Source: Trichoplax sp. H2
Taxonomy: Eukaryota
Assembly (NCBI GenBank): GCA_003344405.1
Contig: NOWV01000020.1
Coordinates: forward strand, 124,001-188,000
Length of the DNA: 64,000 nt
Direction: 5' to 3'
The first letter of the stretch is position 1. The number at the start of each line of letters is the position of its first letter. The notes below the pieces were generated by a model, which did not search any database, was not told where the DNA came from, and saw only the letters and a list, made by a program, of their open reading frames with translations. The translations under genes and the position numbers were made by a program. Positions 1-14,778 of this stretch are shown one piece after another.

Positions 1-463
1 TCAGTTTGCCAGTTAATTTATATGATGGGCTTTTTTTAATATTATATTCCAAATTTTTGTTATGCTTTAGTATGGATAGCGTATTTCAACTTTCTTGTGT
101 ACTTATACAATAGGAATTCTTAAGTCATATTATACTTTGAGGACTAGTACCGTTGTAAAAAATCTTCCTAATAATATTGAACGCCAAGAACTTAGTTCAT
201 TTCCGTAACAATATTTCTTAATAATATTATACTTTCTGCTGCTACGTAGCAATTTCTTGTGATATTATATTCTAAGTGTTATTTTGCAATTTCAATATCA
301 CTCGACGCAATAGCATAGTGTTTGTCATAATTAATAAAGATATGCCGTAATATAACTATTTACATTGTATGTTGGTACTCAATATCTTGTCTATAGACAA
401 CGATTCCCTGATTAATCTTTAGTATTTTAGGCGTAGGTTTGGGATAGGACTTTCATAGCATTA

Positions 464-1160
464 TAGCGTATGCTACATTCTGCGATACTGCGAATACTTT
501 ACAATTTCTTGCTAAGCTACGATTTATCCAAGCATGAAAGAGTACGATCATCTATACTTAATTTTATGTTACCAGTTACCATATTTTTAAGTTCTAGTAT
601 AGTGATCTATTTTTAACTTTATTAACAATATGCAGACAAAATTCTGACACAATTCCTTGATCCGATTTGGCTATAAAGCAACCCCAGTCTAACGAGATTA
701 ACCTTAATGGAAGGTGTTACAAACCCAGTAACACAAGACTTCACTTACTAAGTGTTGAGAACTCACTTTTTATTAATAGATACTTCCTTTATATACTTTT
801 ACATGTAATTGGGTAAACAATAATATTATTCGTTAAATTATTCCGTACTAAGCAGGTTATGTCGTAACTAGTAAATATGGAGTGATCNNNNNNNNNNNNN
901 NNNNNNNTAGCGTATGCTACATTCTGCGATACTGCGAATACTTTACAATTTCTTGCTAAGCTACGATTTATCCAAGCATGAAAGAGTACGATCATCTAAA
1001 CTTGATTTTGTGTTACCAGTTACCATATTTTTAAGTTTTAGTATAGTGATCTATTTTTAACTTTATTAACAATATGCAGACAAAATTCTGATACAATTCC
1101 TTGATCCGATTTGGCTATAAAGCAACCCCCAGTCTAACGAGATTAACCTTAATGGAAGGT
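464..1160. other. Assembly gap (20 N at 888-907) with duplicated flank
   Basis: ~464-716 reappears almost identically at 908-1160, directly after the gap. Confidence 0.85.
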
Positions 1161-3007
1161 TATATTGATTATTCATGAATAATAGCTGAATGTTATCAAT
1201 TGAAATATACTAACCAAGATCTATCGTGAGATCTATAGTATGGTGGTATTGCTCTACCTTTAGACTGAGATATCTGACTTATTGACTAAAAATAAATGAA
1301 TACACTGTATTAATAATACTTATCAAGAAGGTTAGAAGCGCACAATTCCATTTTAAGAATACTATTGGGATTTACGTAAACTAAGTTATTAATTCATGAG
1401 TACTATCTTTTCAATACTACTTACAACATAATTTGATGACATACCCTTAATATAGATTGATATATTTCCAAATATATCCAATTTTACGATTGCGAAATAT
1501 CATTTCTATGACTCATTTTAATTTGATTCATTTTCAAATACCAAGAAATCACACGAAATCATACAAAAAATGAATACGGATTAATTTTACAAGCGAAGTG
1601 ATATCAAATGAATAGAATAAATTCCATTAATTACAATAAACATGAAGAAAAACATCTAGTGATTACATGATCTTTTCTTTTACTTACGATAGCCATTTCA
1701 TCACATGGTGTTCAAATTTGCAAACGTTTGGCTTAATTGCAGGCTACATTTCAGGTGTTTTTAGTTTTATTAATATTGAAAAGGGTGATTATGAATCAAA
1801 GTTTGTTTTTAAAATTGATATTAATTGTAGTTATGCAAGGTAATATCAAAAACTTTTTAGCTTTATAAATGTTGCAAGAGGTATTCTGGAAATGTGCCTA
1901 TTTTAATAACTACTATTAGTCATAGTCTTCTGAGCAAAGTCCGAGACAATATTATTAATTCTAAGGAAATTATTTATGCATGTCCTCCATAAATATGTTA
2001 AATGCTAACAATAATTGTAGTCTTACCAGTAAACCAATATATTTTTAGTTTTATTTCGCTATTATAAAGACTATTATATCGCATATATCGAATATTATTG
2101 TAGAATTAGTATTAGTCTTGATTTTACAATGAAGAACTCAGTATATTGTTTATTAATGCCATAAAGTTTATTCTAAAATGATTTCCAATTTGATACTATT
2201 TCTAAGAGTAAAAGTCTAGTAATGAGCAATACTGAATTTTACTTCCTTCTCCTCCAATCAGGTATATATATTTCTGCTTACTTCGGAGTTGTAGGCCAGC
2301 ACACTTTAAAGTTAGCATTAGAAGAAAAAATCTTAAGATAACATTTAATCGTATCCATTTTACTAGAAGCTATTCGTTCAATATCCACTTACGTCTTAGT
2401 CATACTAAGTAGTTGGCGATTAAGGTATAAGTCACAACTTACTGCTTTGTCGATCAGCTAGAGAGGGTAAAATTAGTATCTGAAAAGCCTCAACTACTTA
2501 CGTCATCAGTACTTTTACGTTGAAGAAAGGTAAAAGGAATAGTTCCATCATCAAAATATCCAAAAATTGTGCTCAGTTCGTTTCAAAACTGTATGATACA
2601 AATTCACAAAAGGACATTTTATTGCATTGATTATTGACGGCAGTGATTCATTAATATTGTCTTAATAGCAGAATGAGAATAAGTGCGCTGAAATTCTTTA
2701 GGAATTGATCATATCAAAGGATTAAAATAGATCTATCACTAATTACCATTGTTTTATTGTCGAGATTTTGTTTTAATATAATCATTTTTCTAAGACATCT
2801 CATCCATCAGCCGCAACAATACCATCAAATAATCATTAATGAAAGTAACCAAAGAGTGGAACAAGAAGAGGCGTCTAATCCAATTTTGTATATTGTTTGC
2901 AATCCTTGGCAAAGGTGTACGTATTGATTAAAATTAGAGGCACTTTTATGATAAAAAATATAAGTGGAGGAGGAAAAGGAAGAGACATTTAGGTCAGGTA
3001 GTAAATT

Positions 3008-6000
3008 ATGGATATGGCATCGGATGAAGAAATCAGACGAGAACTAGAAAAAATGGAAGCAAAAGGCAGTCATATTCTTAATCAAGTTAGTAAACTTTGA
3101 AATTAAATTAATAGTTTTAGCACGGACTATCAACTACTGAAAATAAATGAAATTGTTCAATAGTTGATTTAGCCATTATGTAAACTCTCATTGGGGTATT
3201 GTAAATAGTTTTCATGGTATTACTTGCGAATACCCTGCTAATGCTTTTTATTTTTCCATATGGATGGTATTTAAATGTGAAGAAAAGCCAAATCGAAATT
3301 TGATACTCATTCTTTTAATACAAGCATAATATTTTGATAGTGTAATAACTCTATTTCCCTATTAAATTGTTAATGTTGCTATCAGAAATCATCACTCATT
3401 TCGGCTCTTACATTATGATTAAATCTATCTTTTCTTAAATATGAATTTTATCTCAGTAGAATAAACAGTTTAATTTTTTTGGAGGGGAGAAAGTTGCTGA
3501 AGCATTTGATAAATTCAGAATTATTGGCCGTAATAAATAGTTAGTGCACTACTGTATACTACGATATATCTGTTGGGATTGCTTTATTCATTGAATCTAT
3601 TGCCCTCTGTGAATAACACATACGATCTGAGATGGATTCATTTATTTCGACAGCTATGAATATTCTTTATAATCTAATATAGGATGCAATCTCAAGTCGC
3701 AGTAAGCTATCCTTAAAAAAAGAAGCTAATTCACTCTCTACATTATAATTGCTACTTTATCTTGATAATACTTCCCAAGTATTGGATATTAAATATCTAA
3801 TTTTCACACTAGTTTACTTGCTGTTCATAAAGTAATTTATCGTTCAATTGAGTGTCTCGCTGACTTTATTAAAGGCAAGTTCATCTTCATTGTTTTTTTC
3901 TTCTTCTGTAAGATAGTTCCATCATGACTGGTAAAATTAACCTGAGGCAGTTCAGTATAGGCTACTAATATTTCTTATATATTACTTTATTATAGCAACT
4001 TCATGTAGATTAATTTGATATATCGATCAACTGATGATTGAATGGCATCGAAGCCATCGATATTTTAAGAGGCTACTATCATTTCTTACGTATTATTTTA
4101 TTGCAATAAACTTCATGTAGATGAATTTGATATATTGATCAACTAATGATTGAGTGGCATCGAAGCTTTAGATAATTTAAGGACTCTACTAGCGATATTT
4201 CATTTTTATTTCCGAATAACACAATTACAAGCTCCCAGCTTTATTTATTTTTTTATCTCTACAAGATTTTTTATTTTAGATATAGATTAAATCATAACTA
4301 TTAGGCTATTGAAAGATCAGCAATGTAAACCTTTTGCACAGATCTCTACTAGGCAATTCAGTAGATATAGCCTATATTAAGCTTAATCTAACAGCAGTTC
4401 AAGAAATCATGAGAAGAATTCGAAACCTTAATGGATTATATATAACCAGCAAAACTTAACTCGGTTAACCATCAGGTTGATTCAATATTGATCTGATTTA
4501 CTGCTAATTTAGATATTCCTAGGCGTGTTAGAAATATTTCTCGTATTTTTATAATCACTTTAACTGTTGTTATATAGAGATCTTTTGTACTATGCGCTAT
4601 TAGCTCACGATTTATGTATCCATTTTACACGCTATAGAAATCAAAGATAGTATGCTATAGGAGACTATCGTAAAATAAATGGCAATTGCCTAACCGTAAA
4701 ACTGATCACTGTTAAGGGAGAAACCTCAAGAGGGACCTTTCATTAATATTGATAACGTTAATTGCAGTCAAAATTGTTTACGTATACCATCCATCAGCAA
4801 CATAGATAAATGAAGTATAACATGAATAGGCTTACAAAAGGAGAAAATAGTTACATAGGTTTAGCAGAATATTACACGAGCAGTAGCATCAGTTATAGCT
4901 AAAATTTAAATGTGGATAAATATAGTTAGTGAATAAAGATAAGCTTAATCACAACCTTCAGATCCAAGATTAGTTACCGTAGCTATATATATCTATAGTA
5001 AAATGTATAACTAATTATACTCGTNNNNNNNNNNNNNNNNNNNNAGGAGACTATCGTAAAATAAATGGCAATTGCCTAACCGTAAAACTGATCACTGTTA
5101 AGGGAGAAACCTCAAGAGGGACCTTTCATTAATATTGATAACGTTAATTGCAGTCAAAATTTTTTACGTATACCATCCATCAGCAACATAGATAAATGAA
5201 GTATAACATGAATAGGTTTACAAAAGGAGAAAATAGTTACATAGGTTTAGCAGAAATGATCAACTATTCATGCGGTCCAGATTATACATAAGAATATTGC
5301 AGTATATATGCACAATATTACACGAGCAGTAGCATCAGTTATAGCTAAAATTTAAATGTGGATAAATATAGTTAGTGAATAAAGATAAGCTTAATCATAA
5401 CCTTCAGATCCAAGGTTAGTTACCGTAGCTATATACATCTATAGTAAAATGTATAACTAATTATACTCGTATCTCGATATACTTTTTCTGTTTCTTTAAT
5501 TAATTATATAGCTTAGGAAAAACTAATAATATTGCTTCTTCTATTATATTATTTGTCATTATCGCCGCTACTAGAGAATGTGATATACAATATTTACATA
5601 GACTTAAAAATGAAAAGGTTGTGATTATGTGTATGCGGCAGCTTTAATTAATTTTATAGTCGCATCGTTGTAAGCGTTTTTATTCAATTTTGATCCTATT
5701 CGTAGCAGGAATGGACGTTTGCATTGGAATGCGCGTACAGTCGATATATATTCTGCATTGTAAATAAGTATTATAGTTTTACGCTTCTTTAAATAATTAA
5801 TTTTATTTCTTTTATATCTGCTACATCATTACACATTTATCGTCAGGCTAACATGTCTAGTATGATGTCACCTAAAGTACACTACATGCATATATTTCCT
5901 TCGGTGCTTTTCATTAAATTAGAGTTAATTCATAGCACATACGTTAGAGTTTATGATGATATTTGTTTGATCCTATCCACACAAAGTATACTTCTTTCTT

Positions 6001-9000
6001 AGATATTGTACAAGTATTGAAAGGCTTCGGACTCTTAGTCTTTGTAAACATCACCATGACTGGAAAAGTTACCAGCATATTCCATTTTAAATTTTATTTA
6101 AATGTTGTATTACAGATTATAAGCGAGAAATAACTGTGATACTTGTATCCTCAATTTATACCAACATACAGTATCATACAAGAAAGCTGCTTTTATGCAA
6201 TAGTGTAAAATCAAGATTATTTCTTCTAGATAATTTCATTAAAACTACCCCTGTTTCAAAAATTATTTATTTCATATCCAGGAAGTATTTTGAAATCTAT
6301 TGGACTCCTATCATCATTAAAATAGTACATCTTTATTACAAATAGCCCATGGTATTATTTTATTGTTCGAAATGACTAACAAACATTTCTCCTACTATTT
6401 TTCTTTTGACGTTATTCGCTTCTGCAGTCATTGGAAATAACAAGAAATTTAGTTACTTTAACTCAGCAGGTATTAACTATTGTCATTTTATTCGTACATT
6501 ACATTTCTAGTTATTTTGTATCTATATTTAAATAATATTTATGTTGTGATTAAGAAAATTTAAAGAGTGAGTCATTGTCAATTTTTTGATACTGTATGAT
6601 TGTGCATATGTACATTTAACCAGTTGAGGCATTAAAATTTTATTTAGTGTGATCAGGTTAAAGTTCTAGTCTACTACGATAATCGATAAATCTAATGGAA
6701 TGATTTTATGCTATATAGTTATTATAATTTCTATCTCTTTTCATCAAATTATTTCTTTCCACTTCAATAATTACAATGCAGACAGAAGCAATTGGATCAC
6801 AAACTCTCGTTGTTTTAAATGAACAAGGAGGTAATGCTTATTTAATTTATAATTCTTATTAATCAAGGCCGATGTGAATTAAACGTTTACTTTCTGTTAT
6901 TGATCAGATAAAATAAATTCAGTCTCATCGATTTTTCTTCGCAAAAACTTAGAATATTGGTAACCCTTTAAAAAAGATTTAAATTTTCTTTCTTTACTGT
7001 TATATTTGTAGATAAAGTCCAAGTACTTTAAAGTCAGATTTTTAATTGTATCTTATGACGGCATAGTTAGAAAAAATAGAATAAATTTTCTTTGTATAAC
7101 CTATTAAGTAGCATGGCCTGATGCTATACGGTTTAGGATAGACTAATTTCATATTTTCTCCTTTAGTGTACGGTAGGCTTATAATTATTTTTTGGAAATT
7201 CTACTTTTAGTAAATATTATGTTTAAAAGATGCCATCTCAATCATAAAGATATTGTATATCCAATGCACAGTTGCAGAATAATTTATCATACATTATAAG
7301 ATCAAATATCGATGAATATCTACGAGTGTTATAAAAACATTATAGAGCAAGATTTATTTTCGGATAGAACACTAGATCTTATCATTTAAATTTTTGTAAA
7401 AGGAATTATGAGAAGAGTACTTGTCTATAATATTCCTTATCTTGTAGGAAAATTAACTCGAATAGAAGGGGGCATGGAAAATATTAACAACAACATGTCT
7501 GAAGCTGAAAAAAGTCTAGCTGATGTCGAAAAATGTTGCGGTATATGTCCCTTACCCTGGAGAAGGTGATAGATAGCATAGTAGATTAATTCTTTAAGAT
7601 TAGCTATCTCCCACTTCATTAAGTCAAGTAGAGATTATTACATATTTTTATACTTAGTTATAAAATAAAGCCTAAAATTGAGCATACTTAATGCATGATA
7701 TCTGTTCATATCTTACGTGATTTAGGACAGGAACTAATAACTTAAAAAAATATCGATATAGCTCAAAAGAAATTTGTGATAAAATTAGCAAGAATCTTCC
7801 AGTTACTAAACAACCAGGTGCTGCATATTTAAGTAAGCTTTAAAAAAATTTAGAGTTATACTCTTGCTATAAATTTATCCTTTAATATCTTGTAAATGAA
7901 CTCTTACAGTAATTGGGTATACTGGGGTTGAAAGATATTCATATTTATGGTTATACGATAATTATGTAATGATGCCATTGGGTTTCTTGCCTTTTTAACG
8001 TAATACGGCTTATTAGCCGAAGGTATAATTTAATGCCCTAATAAATCTCACGCTGTCTACATTTCCTTCTCTCTATAATGTGCTTTACATTTACGGATTG
8101 CAACTTTAATACGGTAGTTAAAATTGAACTTTAATTCCCTTGTAAATGTTATTTCGCCTATTTTCTCATATTTGTATCATGTCATACCATCATTTCAACT
8201 GTAGTTAATATGAAAGTCTAATACTTTGGTAAATCTTGTGTTTTCTATATACTGCATGCTGTAATCATAACTTTCTTTGAATTCTTTTGCTATAATTTGA
8301 TTGGTTTCCTTTCAATTTTAGCAAATACGAGTGCGATCAGTAAATCCCAAGATAGCGATTATAATCAAAAGTATGTCCTTTGTTGTTTTGACATTACTAC
8401 AATTGTCTACAGCTGTAGCGATAGATCATTTATATTGTAGATGATGTATAGGAACAATTTTAAACTAATTTTTATCTATTGGCGCATATAGTATTTCCAA
8501 CGACTTCAGAGAAATTAAGATAAATGAAGATTTACTGTAAGTAACAGCAAGTTGGATAAGTATTCCTGTTAAGAAAGATTAAAGTCATTATTTTAGAAGT
8601 GAATGCGTTTAACAGCTGTAAAAATGGCTTCCTAATTTTTCATTATTATTGCTCTATGTTTCTATGATATATCTTCAATAACAATCTTATTAGCCGAGTT
8701 GAAGGCCACCTTGATAAATTGTGTATACAAGCTCGTACTATGACTGATCAACTAGATACACAAAATGAACAAATTGATCGAATTATTGACCAGGTAATAT
8801 ACAGTAACTAAGCTTCTAATTAATAACAACAAAATTTAAGCTTAAGGCTTATAAAAAGTATATCACAGCGCTAGAAGAAAGATGGGGATTAAATTAGTAC
8901 TGTATAGAAATTTAGAAACGAAACAGATTCTAAAAATACTGGGATATATAATTTGATCTTGAATATTTTTGCAATTTTTACTTGTCGATCAAATATTATA

Positions 9001-9070
9001 GGCTGCACAGAACAGTGATCGCATCGGAAATGCAACCAAAAAGACTATTAAAATTTTACATAAATCTTGA
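3008..9070 (+). CDS. SNAP25: SNAP-25 family Qbc-SNARE (divergent), 9 coding exons
   Basis: GT-AG exons 3008-3085 (MDMASDEEIRRELEKMEAKGSHILNQ), 6428-6469 (SLEITRNLVTLTQQ), 6782-6830 (TEAIGSQTLVVLNEQG), 7448-7565 (KLTRIEGGMENINNNMSEAEKSLADVEKCCGICPLPWR), exons starting near 7726, 8322, 8492 and 8694 (..DQLDTQNEQIDRIIDQ), and 9002-9070 (AAQNSDRIGNATKKTIKILHKS*). Two SNARE helices plus a Cys palmitoylation cluster, colinear with SNAP-25/23. Confidence 0.9.
4658..5470. other. Assembly gap (20 N at 5025-5044) with duplicated flank
   Basis: 4658-5024 reappears at 5045-5470 with a few SNPs and a ~60-bp indel, as expected for two uncollapsed alleles. Confidence 0.85.
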
Positions 9071-10196
9071 TGCTTCTAGTGCATTACAATATCTATATCG
9101 AAAATATCGCTTGATGTATTGCAACAAATTAATCGTTAACGTAATAAAATCAGATTAAGTGCACAGTTTAGAATTGTCGTATTGTATGTGCCATATAATC
9201 TGCACTGTTTTTGAATAATTGATATGAAATCTGTCGATCAAATTACTGCTATGACTTTTATTCTCCTACGGTTATCGCCTCGTGATATTTACATATCTAC
9301 ACTACTATTCCTTGTGGAAACATACGGGATGGCCATGCATAGCTCACTGCTCACGGTCTATAGTAATAACCACGATGTATAAAAATAATGCTTTGTGACT
9401 GTATTGCATGCTAATTCTCCGCTTTTTTATATTAAAGATTTATTGTTTGGCTTTTATGCCATATTGATCATTTGATATCAATATTATCATTGTAGCGCGG
9501 TTTAGAGTCAGTAAATTGGTTTATTTGCGAAAGCCAATAATCATAATTCACCATAGATATTTTAACATCTTATACTTGTTAAAGCGTTTTCCATGACGTA
9601 AGATTTAGTTCGTTGGATATTATTAGGATCTAGAATCACTTTAATATGTACAATTGACACTAAACTGTCATCATCATACATTCGGCAATAATTGGATATG
9701 TTCTAAGTGCGTATATGTAAATTGAATGGTGATGTATTAGTATTAATGCAAAATAAAATATAGACAAACATTGCATTAAGTCATTACATGGAGTCATTCA
9801 AAAATTTTTGTAGGTAATAATTTCATTGTTTGACAAGATACAATTAAATAAAAAGAGTAGCTTTCCGCTCTACTTACAAATGGATATCATACAAGATAAT
9901 TTACATTAGAAATCTTAATATATATGGAAAGTACAGTAAATTAGATATTTGCAATCGAAAAGCTTCGAATTGTTAGTCAAATGTGAGCTTATAGTACAAC
10001 CAGATAGAATGTAAACTTCATACTAAAGAGTAATTTCGGCTCATATCCGTCATCCAAGTAAGTTGGCTAACAAATTTACTACCAGTTAAAGGGAAATGAT
10101 AGTAGTATAATGTACAAGTTATTCTGATGGACTACTAAATCAAACCCAGAGCGGCGATATGACAAATATATTTATACATTAAAAATTGTAATTGTC

Positions 10197-13100
10197 TTAA
10201 TAGTGTGAACCACTTAATTCATTAACTTCGTTCTCATTTAATGTCAAATCTTTCCAGTCAGTTCCGATAACGAAACCGACCTGCCGTCTACGTTTCCTTT
10301 GACTTTCTTCCTCAATATCAGCCCACTTTACCTAAAGTGAGATCAAGTCGAGTATACCGTATAAGATTTTAAAGAATTTAAGCAATTACCTTACGGTTAA
10401 AATATATGACGATCGTACTGTTTTACGATCTGTACTGTATGTAAATCGGAATAAACTTTTACCGCTATGCTAGCGTAGTGCAACAGTCATTAAAAGTTTT
10501 CTTTTTAACTATTAACTCAATTAAACTTAATTTAAACTTAGGAAAGGTAAGTCTATGATTTAAACCAATCTGATCTTATCATCTCTCCCAATATGGAAAG
10601 TCTAAGGAACTTGCCCGTTTCTTTCCAGTTGACTCGGAGTTACTATCTTCGTAACGCGTTGAATCCTTTTCAGTGAATAAAACGTCGCTATAGTTGCTCT
10701 CACTATCTATTTTACGCTTACTATTTGACGTACTTGATACACCATCAAGGAGGTCTAAATAGATGAGATTACTCTTATTATTTCGTAGGTAAACATATAA
10801 TCCTGTCTAACAGCTAGTAATAATATCTTAACGGATACGTATGCCTTAGGTACTAACCAAGTTCTTTTTTGTCCATTTCTTCCCAACGACATTTCTATTC
10901 ATGAAGCAATAGATTATTAATACTATTTTTACGTATCGACAACACGAGGTAAGGAATGTGCAATAATAAAATTTATGTCAATATACCATGTGTTTATTAT
11001 AAGTTATAATTCTAATGCAACGCTATAGCGTACAAAGCTATGAAATTCTAATATGAATAGTATAAGAAGGAGCTACAGTCCACAGAAATAACAGTTGGAT
11101 CACAAAGTAAAATAACCTTTGAATTGATTTCTTTCTTTTCTCGCGATACTTCATCGTTACTGATAGCTTCATCGTTGCTGCTAGAATCGCCACAATCCAT
11201 CTCCACCTAGTATTATATGGTTGGTATAGTAAAGTTTAGTAAAAAGTTAGTAAATAAGTACTGCTTTTTGAACATCAGAAATATAACGTTCCGAAAATCT
11301 TTCACCCTGACCTCATTGATAAGGGCTTCTTGAAGCAACGACCTTACATCTACTCGCTTTATGTGTTCTGGAGTTTCTTCCCAAGAAGACAAAATCTAAT
11401 TAGAAAAGATAAAGCTAGTTCAGGCTTGGTTGATAAAATTAGTCACAAAATGAATCTCAATTACGTGTGAGTAATAAAATCAAAAATTGAATAAAGTTAT
11501 AACGCTAATGACCTCCTCTATTTCATTTTCAGTTCTTCCATGAGTACTTCTAGTGGCGCATTCATGTGCATCGGCGGTAATTTCAGCAACATAAACCTGC
11601 AATAAGGAGATATTGCTATCTTAACATTCTTATTTAAAATAGTAGTCCAATTTTTTTAAGGGATAGTTATAAACGTTTACAGGACTATTATCCTTAGATT
11701 ATGTTAAGACGTACCTCAAAGTCCTTCTTTTTCGCGTGTTGCCACATACTTAAAAATTGGGACGCCTGATTAAGAATACATTACTTGATGAGCATAAAAG
11801 CGTAACATTTTTAACAATAGTAATCAATTGCTATCTTTGATAAAAGCTGCTCAGTACTATTTCAACTTGTCTATAGTATAATTTTTCACACGTATAGAAA
11901 CGGCTATTATCACTTTAATCATAGAATAGTTAGAATAGTAAGTTTATCAAAGTCTATTATTAGAAAAATCGTATAACTTTTGTAAGCCATGGCTACCATT
12001 GCACTAATAGTAGATAGATAAAATGATCCTTTATCGTTAAGTTATTCAAATTAGAATATTTAGTTAGTCATAAAATATATACCTTATTATGGACATCATC
12101 AACCATTATAAATGAGAAGAAGCCTTCATCTACAGTTCTACAGAAGGATTTAAATAGACTAGCTCTGTAAACATCTTCCATCTCTTTTTCATAAGCATAC
12201 TCTGTAGCCTAAGTGTAAAAAATTACACATGCTTTAGTTCAGTAAGGTATTTCGATTGGTAGTGCGACCACAATTGCCAAATAAAATTTGATTTCATTAC
12301 TTTTGTTTTCGTAACTTTGCCGGTATTTGGATCTTTAATCGTTTTTTCTACTTCTGTTAAGAAATAATCATCTAAAGATAATATCCTGGGAGGATTTCCC
12401 CCATTCGCAATTTCTTTTTCCTGTAGAAGAGATTTAATAAAAACGTGGTTCAGTTACGTAGATGATAGTACTTAGAGTAATGTTGATTAATATCCTTGTT
12501 TGTTAGTGTATATTGGAAATTTACGCTACCGTATCAACACTGATTAAGATAGGAATAGTGTCATTTACTCAATCGGTGTATATCATAGTACTATCGTAGT
12601 TGTAAATACCCGATAAATCTTTTACAAATGTTAGAATTTCAAGCATGTAGTAATAAATTTAATTAATGCTTTATGCCTGTAGTTGCTATCACGTCACCTT
12701 AATTAGCTTGGCCAGATGAGTTTTCCCACTTCCTGGTAAACCTCGGATAATGATGGCAATCTAAAAAAAGATTATGTTAGCGATTTCAAGAAAGAAGTAA
12801 TGTACTGATATACTATACTACGAAAGACGTAATGAATTGATTTACAGCACAGTAACCGTTAGACCAATTTAGAAAATGTTACAAGGAAACGTTAAATGTC
12901 AAATATATTCATCGGAATGAATATATTTTAAATTTTTGGCCATTTTTCCATGCTCCAAGCTTAGCTGGGTATTGTGTACGTATACTATGATGGAATCATA
13001 TTATTATTATATCGGGCTTTACTATCTATCAGTCTTATTTATTCGTTGAACAAAGTCAGGTACTAGCGAAAAATCTTTTCGTTGTATTTTTTTGACAGGG

Positions 13101-14460
13101 GTAGAAGAAAACCACTTTTACTTGATTAATATCTATTTTTTTACGATCGGAAGATTGTATTTTAAAATTTGTATTATCAAGCGAGAGTTATAATATCTCC
13201 TATTTTACAATACATTGTTTTATTTCTATCCTAATGTTGGAAATGATACTGCATGTATATCAATATCTTTATGATAATGAAAAAGGAAATTACGATCTAC
13301 TTGATACGAATGATCATACGAATAATATGATGATGATTTATAATATTCTTGTCGACGATATGTTATCATCCTGAGCAATATCGACCTTGAGCTTAAAATG
13401 AATGATAATTAATCATTAATGTAGGCATGTTGTCCAGTACCTGTGCTGGTCTATTATTTCGAGTTGTTGGCAAGAGAATACTATCGATGGTAACACTATC
13501 CGGAGCAGATTGAGATTTCTTTGCATCGCATCTACCCGTCATAGGCAATGGAATGGACACTTGTGGTGGTGGTAGTGGTGGTGGCAACATTGGTTGTCGT
13601 TGAGGTGGTGGCAATGGCGGTTGGTGTGTTGGTGCTGATGATAGCCAGTCATTTGGTGTAGCTGATGGATAAGCAGAATGAGATGGTGCTGGTGGTCGTA
13701 CTAGATTGTGACCAATATTGGGCGGTCTGATATAAGGATGTGGTGATGGTGGAATAGGTTGATGATTAGGTATTATTCTTTCATCAGGGTATTTATTGAC
13801 ATTAAGACTAGATCGAATTGGTGGCTGTTGTTGTTGAGGGCGCTGATTGATTGGGTAATGTGGATAATCATAGTTGTAATCATCATATTGATGTGGAATT
13901 GGGTTCGATTCAGTTCTAGGGTATCTTCTATTTAATTCATAATCATGAGTATGTACATCATCAATATGAGGAGGCCTGATCATTAAATGATCGTCATGAT
14001 AGATTATCTCGTCGGTAGGATATCGATGGCTTGCCTGGTCGTCATGGATGATGGATGGTTGCGGATAATCGTTTAAAGCGTGTGGATCAGGTCTGTTCAA
14101 ATGAGGTGGTGGTGGTGGTGGTGGTGGTTGTGGCGGTGGTAATTCAGGCAATGGAGGATTATTATCCTGGTAATAATCTTCTGGCATAAGTGGAGGAGGA
14201 CGTCGATCCATAAAAGCTGCATCATAATCATATCCTAAATCATCGTCTCTTGTAGGATTTGCTGCACGAGAAGGATGTACTGCTGGTGGTGGTGGTGGTG
14301 GTGGTAGCGGTGGCCTTGGCAATGGAGCTTCACTCATTGGATCATCGCGATAACCATGTGACATTAAAGGAGGTGGACGACCAGTCTCCATCCTATGGCC
14401 ATTAAAACTTGATTTTGGATTGAATGGGCGATGATCCATCGATCGATTCCATTGAGCCAT
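10197..14460 (-). CDS. YLPM1: YLP motif-containing protein 1 (ZAP3): Pro-rich N-terminus, P-loop domain, C-terminal PP1-docking motif
   Basis: Pro-rich first exon (track ORF 13393-14466, ATG at 14460). Spliced exons read IIIRGLPGSGKTHLAKLIK, GGNPPRILSLDDYFLTEVEK, YRASLFKSFCRTVDEGFFSFIMVD, WEETPEH and KKR|VKWADIEEE..RQVGFVIGTDW, all characteristic of YLPM1. Stop at 10197-10199. Confidence 0.92.
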
Positions 14461-14586
14461 TTTCAATATTGAAGTTGATGAAAGACGCTTTCCTTCCTTC
14501 AGACTTGAGAGCCTTTTGGATTTTTTTTTGCCTTTTCATCTCAGCTTTGGTGCTGGTATTGTTGCCAGTCTAGGGACGAGCTCTTT

Positions 14587-14778
14587 ACAGTACAGTATCT
14601 ACAGTATTGACTGTAAGCCGATACTGTACACACCACAGTTTCTATCACAATCTACAGTACATAGAGTAGACTGTACTGTACAGTACTGTACCGGAGAAAC
14701 CGACAGCACGTCACGGTACGGTACAGTACAGCACCTACAGTACAATATTGTACTGTACGGTGCTGTACTGTACTGTAA
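14587..14778. promoter_or_regulatory. TACAG/TACTG pentamer cluster in the divergent YLPM1-GPATCH2 upstream region
   Basis: Dense tacagtac/gtactgta repeats 130-320 bp upstream of the YLPM1 ATG; the same clusters recur upstream of most other genes in the window. Function is inferred. Confidence 0.5.

Noticed and set aside
3976..4190. Small diverged duplication in SNAP-25 intron 1 (similar short repeats at ~27620-27780 and ~41005-41270)
   Set aside because: Local degenerate duplications with no ORF, splice or terminal-repeat signal.
464..5470. Apparent segmental duplications beside the first two N gaps (also 50692-51595 versus 51616 onward)
   Set aside because: Each begins exactly at a 20-N gap and differs by a few SNPs or indels; most likely uncollapsed haplotype or contig overlaps.
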